Shown here: positions 15,201 to 29,331 of the stretch, piece after piece
Numbering within the stretch: the first letter of the stretch is position 1
Layout: every line of letters starts with the position of its first letter
DNA from: Octopus vulgaris
Taxonomy: Eukaryota
Reading direction: 5' to 3'
Length of the DNA: 64,000 nt
NCBI GenBank assembly: GCA_951406725.2
Contig: OX597818.1
Coordinates: forward strand, 137,826,001 to 137,890,000
Made by a program: the position numbers and the translations under genes
Notes under the pieces: generated by a model
Databases searched by the model: none
What the model was told of the DNA's origin: nothing
The model's input: only the letters and a program-made list of their open reading frames with translations

Positions 15201-18200
15201 CATCAAACATTTTCATAGGACATTTGCATCAAAATATATTCGTCAAACATTTTAATCAGACATTTCGTCAAACATTTTCATCAAATATTTTCATCAGACA
15301 TTTTCATCAGACATTTTCATCAGATATATTCATCAAACATTTTCATCAGACATTTTCATTTTGAAACATTTTTTAATCAAACATTTTCATCAAACATTTT
15401 CATCAAACATTTTCATCAGACATTTTCTTCAGACATTTTCATCAAACATTTTCATCAAACATTTTCATCAGACATTTTCATCAAACATTTTCATCAAACA
15501 TTTTCATCAAACATATTCATCAAACATTTTCATCAGACATTTTCATCAAACATTTTCATCAAACATTTTCATTTTGATGAAACATTTTCATCAGACGTTT
15601 CGTGAAACATTTTCATCAAATATTTTCATCAAAAATTTTCATCAAACATTTTCATCAAACATTTTCATCAGGCATTTTCATCAAATACTTTCATCAAACA
15701 TTTTCATCAGACATTTTGATCAAATATTTTTATCAAACATTTTCATCGGACATTTGCATCAAATATATTCGTCAAACATTTTAAACAGACATTTCGTCAA
15801 ACATTTTCATCAAATATTTTCATCAGACATTTTCATCAGACATTTTCATCAGACATATTCATCAAACATTTTCATCAGACATTTTCATTTTGAAACATTT
15901 TTTAATCAAACATTTTCATCAAACATATTCATCAAACATTTTCATCAGACATTTTCATCAGACATTTTCTTCAGACATCTTCATCAAACATTTTCATCAG
16001 ACATTTTCATCAGACATTTTTTTCATACATTTTCATCAAACATTTTCATCAGACATTTTCATCAAACATTTTCATCAAACATGTTCATCAAACATATTCA
16101 TCAGACATTTTCATCAGACATTTTCATCAAACATCTTCATCAAACATTTTCATTTTGATGAAACATTTTTTCATCGAACATTTTTCATCAAACATTTTCA
16201 TCAAATATTTTCATCATACATTTTCATCAAACATATTCATCAAACATTTTCATCAGGCATTTTCATCAAATATTTTCATCAAACATTTTCATCAAACATT
16301 TTTATCAAACATTTTCGTCAAATATTTTCATCAAACATTTTCATCGGACATTTGCATCAAATATATTCGTCAAACATTTTAATCAGACATTTCGTCAAAC
16401 ATTTTCATCAAATATTTTCATCGGACATTTTCATCAGACATTTTCATCAGACATATTCATCAAACATTTTCATCAGACATTTTCATTTTGAAACATTTTT
16501 TAATCAAACATTTTCATCAAACATTTTCATCACACATTTTCATCAGACATTTTCATCAGATATTCATTTTCATCAAACATTTTCATCAGACATTTTCATC
16601 ATACATTTTCATCAGACATTTTCATCAAACATATTCATCAAACATTTTCATCAGACATTTTCATCAAACATTTTCATCAGACATTTTCATCATACATTTT
16701 CATCAAACATTTTGATGAAACATTTTTTTCATCAGACATATTCATCAATTAACATTTTCATCAAAGATTTTCATCAGACATTTTCATCAAACATTTTCTT
16801 CAAACATTTTCATCAAACATTTTCATCAAACATTTTCGTCAAATATTTTCATCAAACATTTTCATCAGACATTTTCACCAAATATATTCGTCAAACATTT
16901 TCATCAAACATCTTCATTTTGATGAAACATTTTTTCATCAAACATTTTCATCAAACATTATCATAAAATATTTTCATCATACATTTTCATCAAATATATT
17001 CATCAAACATTTTCATCGGACATTTTCATCGGACATTTTCATCAAATATATTTGATGAAAATGTATGATGAAAATGTTTGATGAAAATGTTTGATGAAAA
17101 AATGTTTCATGAAAATGAAAATGTTTGATGGAAATGTTTGATGAAAATGTTTGATTAAAAATGTTTCATCAAAATGAAAATGTCTGATGAAAATGTCCGA
17201 TGAAAATGTTTGATGAAAATAATAGACGAAAATTTTTGAAGAAAATGTTTGATGAAAATGTTTGATGAAAATGTCTGCTGAATATATTTGATGAATATGT
17301 TTGATGAAAATGTTTGATGAAAATGTTGTTTGATGAAAACGTCTGAGGAAAATGTCTGATGAAAATGTCTGATGGAAATATTTGATGAAAATGTTTGACG
17401 AAATGCCTGATGAAAATGTTTGACGAATATATTTGATGATAATGTCCGATGAAAATGTTTCATGAAAATATTTGACGAAAATGTTGATGAAAATGTTTGA
17501 TGAAAATGTTTCATGAAAATGTCTGATGAAAATGTCTGATGAAAATGTTTGACGAATATATTTGATGAAAATATCCGATGAAAATATTTGATGAAAATGT
17601 CTGACGAAAATGTTTGATGAATATGTTTGATGAAAATATTTGACGAAAATGTTTGATGAAAATGTTTGATGAAAATGTCTGATAAAAATGTCTGATGAAA
17701 ATGTCTGATGAAAATGTTTTCAGCAGACATTTTCATCAAACATATTCATCAAACATTTTCGTCAAATATTTTCATCAAACATTTTCATCAAACATTTTCG
17801 TCAAATGTTTAATGAAAATACTTGATGAAAATGTTTGACGAAATTCCTGATGAAAATGTTTCATCAAAATATAATTGATGAAAATGTCCGATGAAAATGT
17901 TTGATGAAAATATTTGACCAAAATGTTTGATAAAAATGTTTGATGAAAATGTTTGATGAAAATATTTGATGAAAATGTCTGATGAAAATGTTTGATGAAA
18001 GTATTTGATGAAAATGTCTGATGAAAATATCTGATGAAAATGTTTAATGAAAATGTTTGATGAATATGTTTGATGAAAATGAGTGACGAAATGTCTGATT
18101 AAAATGTTTGACGAATATATTTGATGAAAATGTCCGATGAAACTGTTTGATGAAAATATTTGACGAAAATGTTTGATAAAAATGTTTGATGAAAATGTTT

Positions 18201-19615
18201 GATGAAAATATTTGATGAAAATGTCTGATGAAAATGTTTGATGAAAGTATTTGATGAAAATGTCTGATGAAAATGTTTCATGAAAATGAAAATGTTTGAT
18301 TAAAATGTTTAATGAAAATATTTGATGAAAAAGTTTGACGAAATGTCTGATGAAAATGTTTCATCAAAATGAAAATGTTTGATTAAAATATTTGATGAAA
18401 ATGTCTGATGAAAATGTTTGATGAATATGTTTGATGAAAATGTGTGACGAAATGTCTGATGAAAATGTTTGACGAATATATTTGATGAAAATTTTCATCA
18501 AACATTTTCATCAGACATTTTCATCAAACATTTAAATCAAAAATTTTCATCAAACATATTCATCAAACATTTTCATCAGACATTTTCATCAAATATATTC
18601 GTCAAACATTTTCATCAGACATTTCGTCATTTTCATCAAATGTTTGACGAAATGTTTGATGAAAATGTTTGACGAATATATTTGATGAAAATGTCCGATG
18701 AAAATGATTGATGAAAATATTTGACGAAAATGTCTGATGAAAATGTTTGATGAATATGTTTGATGAAAATTTTGATGAAAATGTTTGATGAAAATGTCTG
18801 ATGAAAATGTTTGATGAAAACGTTTAATGAAAATATTTGATGAAAATGTTTGACGAAATGCCTGATGAAAATGTTTCATCAAAATGAAAATGTTTGATTA
18901 AAATTTTTGATGAAAATATCTGATGAAAATGTTTGATGAATATGTTTGATGAAAATGTGTGACGAAATGTCTGATGAAAATGTTTGATGAACATATTTGA
19001 TGAAAATTTTCATCAAACATTTTAATCAAAAATTTTCATCAAACATATTCATCAAATATTTTCATCAGACATTTTCATCAAATATTTTCATCAAACATTT
19101 TCATCAAACATTTTCATCAAATATTTTCATCAAACATTTTCATCAAACATTTTCATCAAACATTTTCATCAAACATTTTTATCAAACATTTTCGTCAAAT
19201 ATTTTCATCAAAAATTTTCATCGGACATTTTCATCAAATATATTCGTCAAACATTTTCATCAGACATTTCGTCATTTTTATCAAATGTTTGACGAAATGT
19301 TTGATGAAAATGTTTGAAGAATATATTTGATGAAAATGTCCAATGAAAATGTTTGATGAAAATATTTGACGACAATGTTTGATAAAAATGTTTGATGAAA
19401 ATGTTTGATGAAAATATTTGATGAAAATGTCTGATGAAAATGTTTGATGAAAGTATTTGATGAATATGTCTGATGAAAATGTTTGATTAATATGTTTGAT
19501 GAAAATTTTTGATGAAAATATTTGATGAAAATGTCTGATGAAAATATTTGATGAAAATGTTTAATGAAAATATTTGATGAATATGTTTGACGAAATGTCT
19601 GATGAAAATGTTTCA
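6203..19615. repeat. 13-bp-unit satellite array (consensus AAACATTTTCATC; AGAC/ATAT/CGTC variants), ~13.4 kb, with higher-order repeats and internal inversions
   Basis: About 1000 tandem units by length; inverted blocks at ~6511-6635, 8882-9004, 10761-11001, 12401-12641, 14528-14767 and most of 17050-19615. Confidence 0.97.
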
Positions 19616-19787
19616 CCTGCAAAGTCATGCGCTGTTTATCTTGATATGAGATCATCATGTCGCGCATTTATGGCTGTGATGTATGTGTCTGGTGTACCCT
19701 TATCAATCGTGTAGCTATGATGTGTATACTGGGCTTAGTATATTTTACTCCAGTGTTACCTTGATGGCATCCACTGCTCTCTCACTC
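19616..19787 (+). mobile_element. 3' end of a retroposon terminating in (AAT)n; homologous to 58436-58615 on the opposite strand
   Basis: CCTGCAAAGTCATGCGCTGTTTATCTTGATATGAGATCA is the reverse complement of sequence at ~58570-58610; ends CTCTCTCACTC+(AAT)n. Confidence 0.8.
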
Positions 19788-19829
19788 AATAATAATAATA
19801 ATAATGATAACAATAATAACAATAATAAC

Positions 19830-19859
<30 letters not shown>

Positions 19860-19860
<1 letters not shown>

Positions 19861-20514
19861 TACATGATAGAGCTGCACAATATATTCACTGGGTAATTTG
19901 TAAAAGCCTGGACTTGCCCCATGATAAAAACTCGTGGGATCACAAACCACCTCCAGTGCTTGAAAATGATCACGTCACACTCCTCTGGACCTTCACCATT
20001 CAAACTGATAGAAAGATAGATGCGAATAGGCCAGAGATCATATTGAAAGACTTCAGACAAAAATCATGCCTCCTCATTGATATGACTGTCCCAATCGATA
20101 TAAACGTATTTGTCAAGACATACCAAAACGTGAGCAAATATAAAGATCTTGAAGTAGAAATTAGCAAAATGTGGAACATCAAGTCTAAAACAATACCTGT
20201 TGTCATAGGTGCCCTGGGAATGATAGCAAAAGGGACTGATTGCTACCTAGCTCAGATACTAGGAAACCCTAAAATGGCAGAAATTCAAAAGATGGTTCTC
20301 ATGGGAACTGCTCATATCCTACGCCAAATACTTTCTATGTAATCTCAAGTTTTGAAACGAATATAATTATCTTATGGCTTCTTATACACTAAGTACAAAA
20401 CCAAATATATGGCACCCTAGGTATAACACCAATATGAATTTCCAACTTGTCTCTTGAGGTCTCTTGGTGAGACTTGGATCCAACTTGTACAAATGTAAAG
20501 CAAAAGTCAAACAT
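19860..20514 (+). mobile_element. 5'-truncated R4/Dong-clade non-LTR retrotransposon (restriction-like endonuclease domain + 3'UTR), inactive
   Basis: HDRAAQYIHW...LLWTFTIQTDRKIDANRPEII...LIDMTVP...SKYKDL...PVVIGALG...IQKMVLMGTAHILRQIL* is the RLE C-terminus; PD motif reads PE; flanked on both sides by (AAT)n, the known Dong-type target. Confidence 0.88.
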
Positions 20515-20516
20515 AA

Positions 20517-20563
<47 letters not shown>

Positions 20564-20590
20564 TAATAATAATAATAATAATGTGTACCC

Positions 20591-20650
<60 letters not shown>

Positions 20651-20654
<4 letters not shown>

Positions 20655-20963
20655 GGGGCTGATTGCTACCTAGCTCAGATACCAGGAGACCCAAAAAGGC
20701 AGAAATTCAAAAGATAGTGCTCATGGGAACTGCTCATATCCTACGCAAAATACTCTCTATATAATCTCAAGGTTTAAAACAAACGTAATATTCGTTCTTT
20801 TTCTTTTTTTTAGACATTCACTAGTACAACACCAAAAAACAAAAAAAAACAAATATATGGCACACTAGGCATAACAACAACATGAACTTCCAACCTGTTG
20901 TCTCTTGAGGTCTCTGGGTGAGACTTGGAACCAACATGTACAAATATAAAGCAAAAGTCAAAC

Positions 20964-20965
<2 letters not shown>
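20651..20965 (+). mobile_element. Second, more truncated copy of the same R4/Dong element
   Basis: Near-duplicate of 20229-20514 (TGATTGCTACCTAGCTCAGATAC...GCAAAAGTCAAACAT), again flanked by (AAT)n. Confidence 0.88.
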
Positions 20966-21020
<55 letters not shown>

Positions 21021-21057
21021 TAATAACAACAACAACAATAACAATAATAACAATAAC

Positions 21058-21103
<46 letters not shown>

Positions 21104-21499
21104 GTAATTGTTTCTGACTTAGACGCAAGTACAGTTATTTTGACGGGTGTAAGATAATCGAATCCATTGACTACTTTATTTGACTGGTACCTCATTTGAA
21201 AGTGCAGGAACATCCACCCCAGTTATGTAATTATTACATTGATTTTGTATCGTATGCACAAGGTTTCAATATTGTGCGTGGGGAATATAATCGATTATAT
21301 TGCACCCCATTAATTGATTGGTATTTCATTGTATTAAACCTCGGAAGGATTAAAAATGAAATTGACCTCAACAAGATTAGAAGTCAGAAAGTAAAGGAAC
21401 GCAGATAAATATCTTAAGAGTCTGGCGATTCCACCAGTTCACGGAAAATTAGGAACGAGAAATAGTTGAGAGACAAAGAGGGACTTACTGGGGGAAAGA

Positions 21500-22100
21500 G
21501 AGAGACAATGTAATATTGTAAGCTACAGCGGAGGTGCGGTATGAGAAAGAAGGAACCAGAAAATAGTATGGTGTGAAAGAGAGTGTGGGAGAGAGGGGGT
21601 GTGGAAGTAATGAAGGTAATAGAGAAAGAGAGAGAGTGAAAGTGAGAGATATTGAAAAAGGGTGCGTTCAAGGGATTATATGAAAGAAAGAAAGAAAGAG
21701 GAAGCAAGATTGTGAAATACAATGAATATATTGGCAAAAGAGGGAAGCAAAATGAATGATAGTTATAAGGTGGGATATTCGTAAAGAAAGTGATACTGAA
21801 AGAGACGATGAAAGACAGTGAGTAGAATAGAGACATAGTGAAGAGAAAGAGAGAGAGGGGGTACAAATAGAGTGCAAGGGACAGAAAGGGAGTATGAAAT
21901 ATAAAGAAGATAGAGAGAGGAGGGGGGCAAATAGAGTGCAAGGGACAGAAAGGGAGTACGAAATATAAAGAAGATATAGATGAATAAGAGAGGTAAGGAA
22001 AGAAAAAATAAGTAGAATAAAGAGGAAAAAAATGGTGATAGAACGAGAGACAGACCAGAGCAGAGATAAATATGTGAAGGAAAACAGAAAGTATGTAAAA
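21500..22100. repeat. Purine-rich (GA-rich) tract with a ~64-bp-spaced direct duplication
   Basis: CAAATAGAGTGCAAGGGACAGAAAGGGAGTA.GAAATATAAAGAAGATA occurs at ~21864 and ~21928. Confidence 0.7.
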
Positions 22101-22679
22101 TGGCCGTCATCATTGAAGTATTGAGAGACGTGTAGCTAAATAATTGAGCCGAGTTTTCTATAGGGGTCAATATATTCTTTGTATAAAGACAGTGTGGAAC
22201 AAGTAGGGGACTTTATATTGAGACAGGGAGTAAATGGACGAAAATGGACATGGCAATTATATGACAGGACAATCTCGTACAAAATAACACGCACACAATT
22301 GTGTGTCTGTGTGTACGTGTATGTGTATATATCTATACACACATACATAGACGTATATACGGAGATATATATATAGAGATATACAAAACACTAAGTAACA
22401 GAAAGTGTCTCACACAGTCCTTGTGGGTATTGTTGCTGTTGTTGTTGTTGTTGTTGTGATTATTGTCACAGCAAAATTAGGGAGTAGTTTAATAATCTAT
22501 CAAATATACACGAAAAGGGTCTAACTTCTTTTTATTTATATATTTAATTCTCTATCCCCTTTCACTGATCTCCATCTCTTACCACTCCCTCCTATGTCTC
22601 CCCTTCTCCCTTCTCTCTCCTCTCTCTATCTCTCTCTCTCTCTCTCTTTAGCAGTAGATATATTTGTATCTCTTTTTCA

Positions 22680-22800
22680 CTCGCTGTTCGAAATTGTCCA
22701 ACGCCATGATATTAGTGACATACGTGCCACCGTGACGTCCTGCCGTCGTGCCATGTCAAAAGTAAATTATCAGCCAATCAAAACACAATAGAACAGTACA
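22680..22800. promoter_or_regulatory. Candidate Pol II promoter patch (CRE-like TGACGT and CCAAT box)
   Basis: CpG-rich patch with TGACGT at 22733-22738 and AGCCAATCA at 22772-22780. Confidence 0.3.
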
Positions 22801-22859
22801 CGTTAATTTGGCAAGGTGTAGCGTTTATGCACATGTGGGAATGCACCAGCCCCCACATA

Positions 22860-24090
<1,231 letters not shown>

Positions 24091-24403
24091 AAAGATGGTC
24101 GCTTTGTTCAGTCTGCAAGAATAGGCCTGTCTGCCTGCTTATGTCTCCTCTGTTAAATCACTATTGTTGCTAGTCATTTAGTGTCCCCCACTCGCACTCT
24201 ACTCTATCACGAACCTGAAGGTTTCTACAATGAAGGGAATACGACATGAATTGCTTATTCTTTAGTTACATTATTGCCAATAAAGCAATAATAGTGTTTC
24301 TTCGTTTTTTTTACATTAGTTTGGGGATATATATATTCATAATACATGTACATAATTATACATATATACATATACGTATACATACATATCCATATAGACA
24401 TGT

Positions 24404-24458
<55 letters not shown>

Positions 24459-24638
24459 GTCTATGAATGTATGTGTATATGTGTGCATGTATGCTCGTAT
24501 GTATGTATGTATATATGTATGTATGCGATGTCCAGTCTCAGAGGACTTGCAAACGCTGTAGTCCCAATGCACTCGTCCATACACTGGAAAAATTTATGTA
24601 TATGTAAATGCAGGAATACGTTTTTATGTGTGTGTGTG

Positions 24639-24943
24639 TGTGGAGGCATAATGGCCCAGTGGTTAGGGCAGCGGACTCGCGGTCGGAGGATCGCGGTTTC
24701 GAAACCTAGACCGGGCGCTGTGTGTGTTTATTGATCGAAAACACCTAAAGCTTCACGGATCTCCGGCAGGGGGTGTTGGTGACCCCTGTCGTACTCTTTC
24801 ACCACAACTATCTCTCACTCTCTCTTCCTGTTTCTTGAGTAACGCTGCGATGGACTGGCGTCTCGTCCAGCTGGAGTGGGGGGAGGACATATTCGCCACA
24901 GAAACCGGGAAACCGGGCCCATGGCTAGGCTTGAAAAGGGCGA
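24639..24943 (+). mobile_element. tRNA-derived SINE family B, tail type 1 (resembles octopus OR1/OR2-type)
   Basis: A box TGGCCCAGTGG, B-box-like GTTTCGAAACC; tail GAAACCGGGAAACCGGGCCC shared with 54598-54870. Confidence 0.85.
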
Positions 24944-25199
24944 AATATATATAGATAGATAGATACATACATAGATAGATATAGATATAGATATACAGCA
25001 CGGACTTTGTCAGTGAACAGGTCGCGGATTTTAGCGACGAAAATATTTTGACAAATTAAACTTAAATGTTGAAGTGAATCGAACGGCTTTTGTGTGTTTC
25101 TTAAATGGCTTACAAACACCTTCCACGCTGCAATTGTTTTCGTTTCAGCACACGATCTCAGATCAAATTACTTGCTATGCGAGTACATCTCCGTAAAGA

Positions 25200-25345
<146 letters not shown>

Positions 25346-25843
25346 CATGCATACATACATATATACATACATACACGTCTTAAAAAGCATCTTTTTCTGG
25401 ATACTAACGTTGACAAGCTGTGTTGGTGTCGTTCTTGTTGATATTGTTGTTGATGTTGTTGTAGTTGTTGTCGTTTCAGTTTTTCTTGTTGCTGTTGTTA
25501 TTGGTGGTAGTGGTGGTGGAGGTGGTGGTGGTGGTGGTGGTGGTGCTGCTGCTGGGGGTAGGGTTGTAGTGTTGGTCCTCGTGTCGTGTGGCTTGGGGTG
25601 ATGTATGCTTTGCCCTCCGCTCATTTTGTATGGCTGAAATTCCGAGGGCCTCTATGGTTGATAAAAAAATAGTATAATAATGATTTCTTTCATTGGCCAC
25701 AAGGGCCCAAGACATGGAGGACAATTTCAAACCCCAAAACATGTGGGATTAACAACAATCAAGTGGAGATACTGCCACATTAAAGCATATAACAGAGGAT
25801 ATATAATAGAAAGTAGAGAAATAAATATTAGTATATAAATATA

Positions 25844-26010
25844 AGCGTAGGAGTGGCTGTGTAGTAAGTAGCTTGCTTACGAACTACATGGTTGCGGTTT
25901 CAGTCCCACTGCGTGGCACCTTGGGCAAGTGTCTTCTACTATAGCCTCGGGCCGACCAAAGCCTTGTGAGTGGATTTGGTAGACGGAAACACTGAAAGAA
26001 GCCCGTCGTT

Positions 26011-26067
<57 letters not shown>

Positions 26068-26287
26068 TTGTATGTATGTGTTTGTGTTTGTTTGTCTGTG
26101 TTTGTTCCCCCCCCCCCAAACATCGCTTGGTGTGTTTACGTCCCCGTCACTAAGCGGTTCGGCAAAAAGAGACCGATAGAATAAGTACTGGGCTTACAAA
26201 AAAAGAATAAGTCCTGGGGTCGATGTGCTCGACTAAAGGCGGTGCTCCAGCATGGCCGCAGTCAAATGACTGAAACAAGTAAAAGAG
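25844..26287 (+). mobile_element. tRNA-derived SINE family A (internal TA/TG microsatellite, GAGTAAAA-type tail)
   Basis: Head GGAGTGGCTGTG...GGTTTCAGTCCC, body CCTTGGGCAAGTG, end TGACTGAAACAAGTAAAAGAG; at least 12 copies in window. Confidence 0.92.
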
Positions 26288-26790
26288 ATCGAATCCCCAA
26301 ATTCGGTGTATTCCACTTAGGGTAACCCAAGGTAAACCCCACACAAATATCCCGGATTACTCTGCTGTCTCTAAGGCATCGGAAAGTGCCCTCTTCCAGT
26401 TTCTTTTCTCCTGCTTAGAAAAGTATATTCAGAATCGGTCCATTTCAGTCCCGCCAGTGTTGCCGCTGTCGACCATTTTTTGATAAACACACCTCTCTCT
26501 CTACCCTCACGTTCCTCTTCAAATTTATATAAATTAAAACACATACGCAAAAGTACACGATTCATTATGTTCCGCGTATGTATGGGTATGTGCGTATAGA
26601 GATGTGCAAATGAACATAATGATGGATGCATTTTTGAGTATGTGTTTTTATTTGTATATACGTCTATCTGCGTATGTATATGCTTGTGCGTATAAACTAC
26701 GTTTTGTATATTCGCGTATGTATGTGTGTATGCATGTAGAGATGTGTGTATGAGCATAGTGGTGCGTGCATGGGTATATATGCGTGTGTA

Positions 26791-27205
26791 TTCTCTTTTA
26801 CTCTTTTACTTGTTTCAGTCATTTGACTGCGGCCATGCTGGAGAACCGCCTTTAGTCGAGCAAATCGACCCCGGGACTTATTCTTTGTAAGCCCAGTACT
26901 TATTCTATCGGTCTCTTTTGCCGAACCGCTAAGTGACGGGGACACAAACACACCAGCATCGGTTGTCAAGCAATGCTAGAGGGACAAACACAGACACAGA
27001 AACATATACACACACATACATATATATATATATACATATATACGACAGGCTTCTTTCAGTTTCCGTCTACCAAATCCACTCACAAGGCTTTGGTCGGCCC
27101 GAGGCTATAGCAGAAGACACTTGCCCAAGATGCCACATGGTGGGACTGAACCCGGAACCATGTGGTTGGTTAGCAAGCTACTTACCACACAGCCACTCCT
27201 GTGCC
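26791..27205 (-). mobile_element. SINE family A, full length
   Basis: Reverse complement of the family A consensus. Confidence 0.92.
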
Positions 27206-27494
27206 TATGTGCGTGTATGCGTAGACATATATATATGTGTGTGTATTTGTATGTGTATGTACACGCGTGTGTGAGCATGTATATATATATATATACATAT
27301 ATATATATGTGTGTGTGTGTGTATACATACATACATGTGTGTGCGTGTGTGTGCATACATGTATGTGTGTGTGTATATGCGGATTCTATGAACGAAGTTT
27401 TACTTTCTCCATGCCTATTTGAGTAATTCCCCTTTTATATATGTATGTATATATACATATATATATATATACGCATATATACATATGCATATAT

Positions 27495-28125
27495 GAGTAC
27501 AAGACGTCACCAACAGTAAACAACATGAAATACGAAAACAAATGAGTTCAATACGCAAGCAACGAGAGAAACAAATGGATAACAGGACAAGTATCTATTT
27601 TTCATTTCGAGCATTGAACGACAATATGAGTCTTGGAAGACTGTTGCTCCCATACGTGCCAAAATAAAATCGGGGATTTATGGAGGGTCAAAGTTGGGAA
27701 CAAAAGCAGGACAGCGGAGACCTACAAGGAAACAGAACGAAAACAAATATGGAGTATCTTTAGACCAAAACGGGTGTAAAATAGCGAACGCTGGAAAAAA
27801 TTTTTTTGACAAGAGAAAAGATAGAAGAGAGAGATATGATACGTCTAGTCCTTTAGGTCAGTCCTGAAAGAAAAGAAAGATGATCACGTGAGGAAAAGAA
27901 ATATAGACGAAGGTCACATGTCAGGAACGAGAGAGAGAAAAGGAGAAAGAGGGGAGAGAGACAGATAGAAAACAGTGAAGGGGAGAAAAAGGAGAGAAAA
28001 TAATGAGAAAAAAATAATGGGGGAGAAAATAGTATAGATCCGCATCAAAAAGATTACTCCTTTTCTCTCTCTCTCTCCTTCTCACACATGACCATCGTCA
28101 TCTTTCTTTTCTTCCAGGATTGAAC
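27495..28125. mobile_element. Interspersed repeat with terminal fold-back, related to 56357-56790 (possible Penelope pLTR derivative)
   Basis: GAGTACAAGACGTCACC start resembles the reverse complement of ~56765-56790; 27860-27945 is an imperfect inverted repeat of 28057-28120. Confidence 0.45.
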
Positions 28126-29284
28126 GTATTCTTTCTTTTATTCATTTCAAACATTGGACTTGAGCAACACAACAGCACCCGCTTGACAGTTTGGCATGTA
28201 TATGTATGGGTGTGTTTGTATGTGTATATGTATATGTACGCGCGCGTGTATTTTATTAATGACACAACTATGTTACAGTTTTTTCTTGTTTATAACCTTT
28301 TCAAATATTAGTATTGATTTTTGGCGGCCAGTCTGGATCAACCAAGCTTTAAATCCTTACTCAACGTTTCTAAACGTTTACGGTCATATTTTATAGAACC
28401 GGGTCAGATTTTGTATCTGCCGTGAATTTTATAAACAGATGGAATTCTTTGCAGACTTTCCCGTCATGGGTTATGATTTTGCTTTTATGCTTCCATGATA
28501 GCAATTGTTCATTTGTGGTCAAATATTTTGCCATGTGGATTTCACGTTAGTATCTACGCATCAAATTTTCGATGTGTGTGTCGTTTGGGCGTTATTTTTG
28601 ATATTGTATTACGATATGAGTATGGTTTTCAAGATGGATCCATTCAAAGAATACCCAGAATTATCCTTTACTATGTTTCCATCTAACTTTGCACGCTGTT
28701 ATCTTTTTTAGTGTAGTGTATTACAATTGCATAGTAAGTCTATGAAACAGTGTTGTATTGGTATGTCCAATATAACACCTAGTTTACTGAAATTTAAAAC
28801 TAATATTTTACAATGAAATGTGTCAAATACGTTGATCACTAGTAGCCAGTTTTCGGTTTTACATATTTGTAATGTTCTGTTAAAAAGAAGGGCTTTGATC
28901 TTGGTGTCTCTCTAGTATATAATAAATTTTAGTTTATTCCTGCCAATGTGGAAACCTGACAATCAAAACCTTTGGTATAAAATCTACAGAAAACTCGATC
29001 AGTATGAAAAGAGCAACACAGATATTAAATATATTCTAATTCTTGATAATGAGGTTGTGAATATCTGGAAATGTTGAAAATGGATTTTGGAATTTTATTG
29101 ATTCAAAAGAATTTCTAGAAATTGATAGGAAGGTATGACATATCTGTGATGACAAAAGATAACACTAGAATACAGTTGTGTTTTTAATGAATCATGGCGA
29201 AGAATGTATAAGTGAAAAGTTTTTCCCCTACCTATGCGAATATATACAGATGTATATTTACATACATTCATATTTATACATGTA

Positions 29285-29331
<47 letters not shown>

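Noticed and set aside
6172-19317. Long ORFs (up to 358 aa) of repeating KHFHQTFSSNIFI
   Set aside because: One strand of the 13-bp unit has no stop in any frame; frames shift constantly through indels and inversions, so there is no coding constraint
6203-19615. Satellite as a CRISPR-like array or an array of hammerheads / C-D box motifs (CTGATGA, GAAA, TGATGA on one strand)
   Set aside because: No unique spacers and no cas genes; I could not build stems I-III around the cores, and box C usually lacks the 5' purine; the motifs follow from the monomer sequence
24650-24712. SINE heads as functional tRNA genes
   Set aside because: No acceptor stem or complete cloverleaf; they continue into SINE bodies
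26290-26500. Possible LINE ORF1 relic on the minus strand
   Set aside because: Multiple stops and no diagnostic motif; cannot be assigned
28320-29230. Unique DNA with LamG-like DGNIVKDNSGYSLNG (minus) and short + frames
   Set aside because: Frames close within ~25-45 codons; no coherent domain
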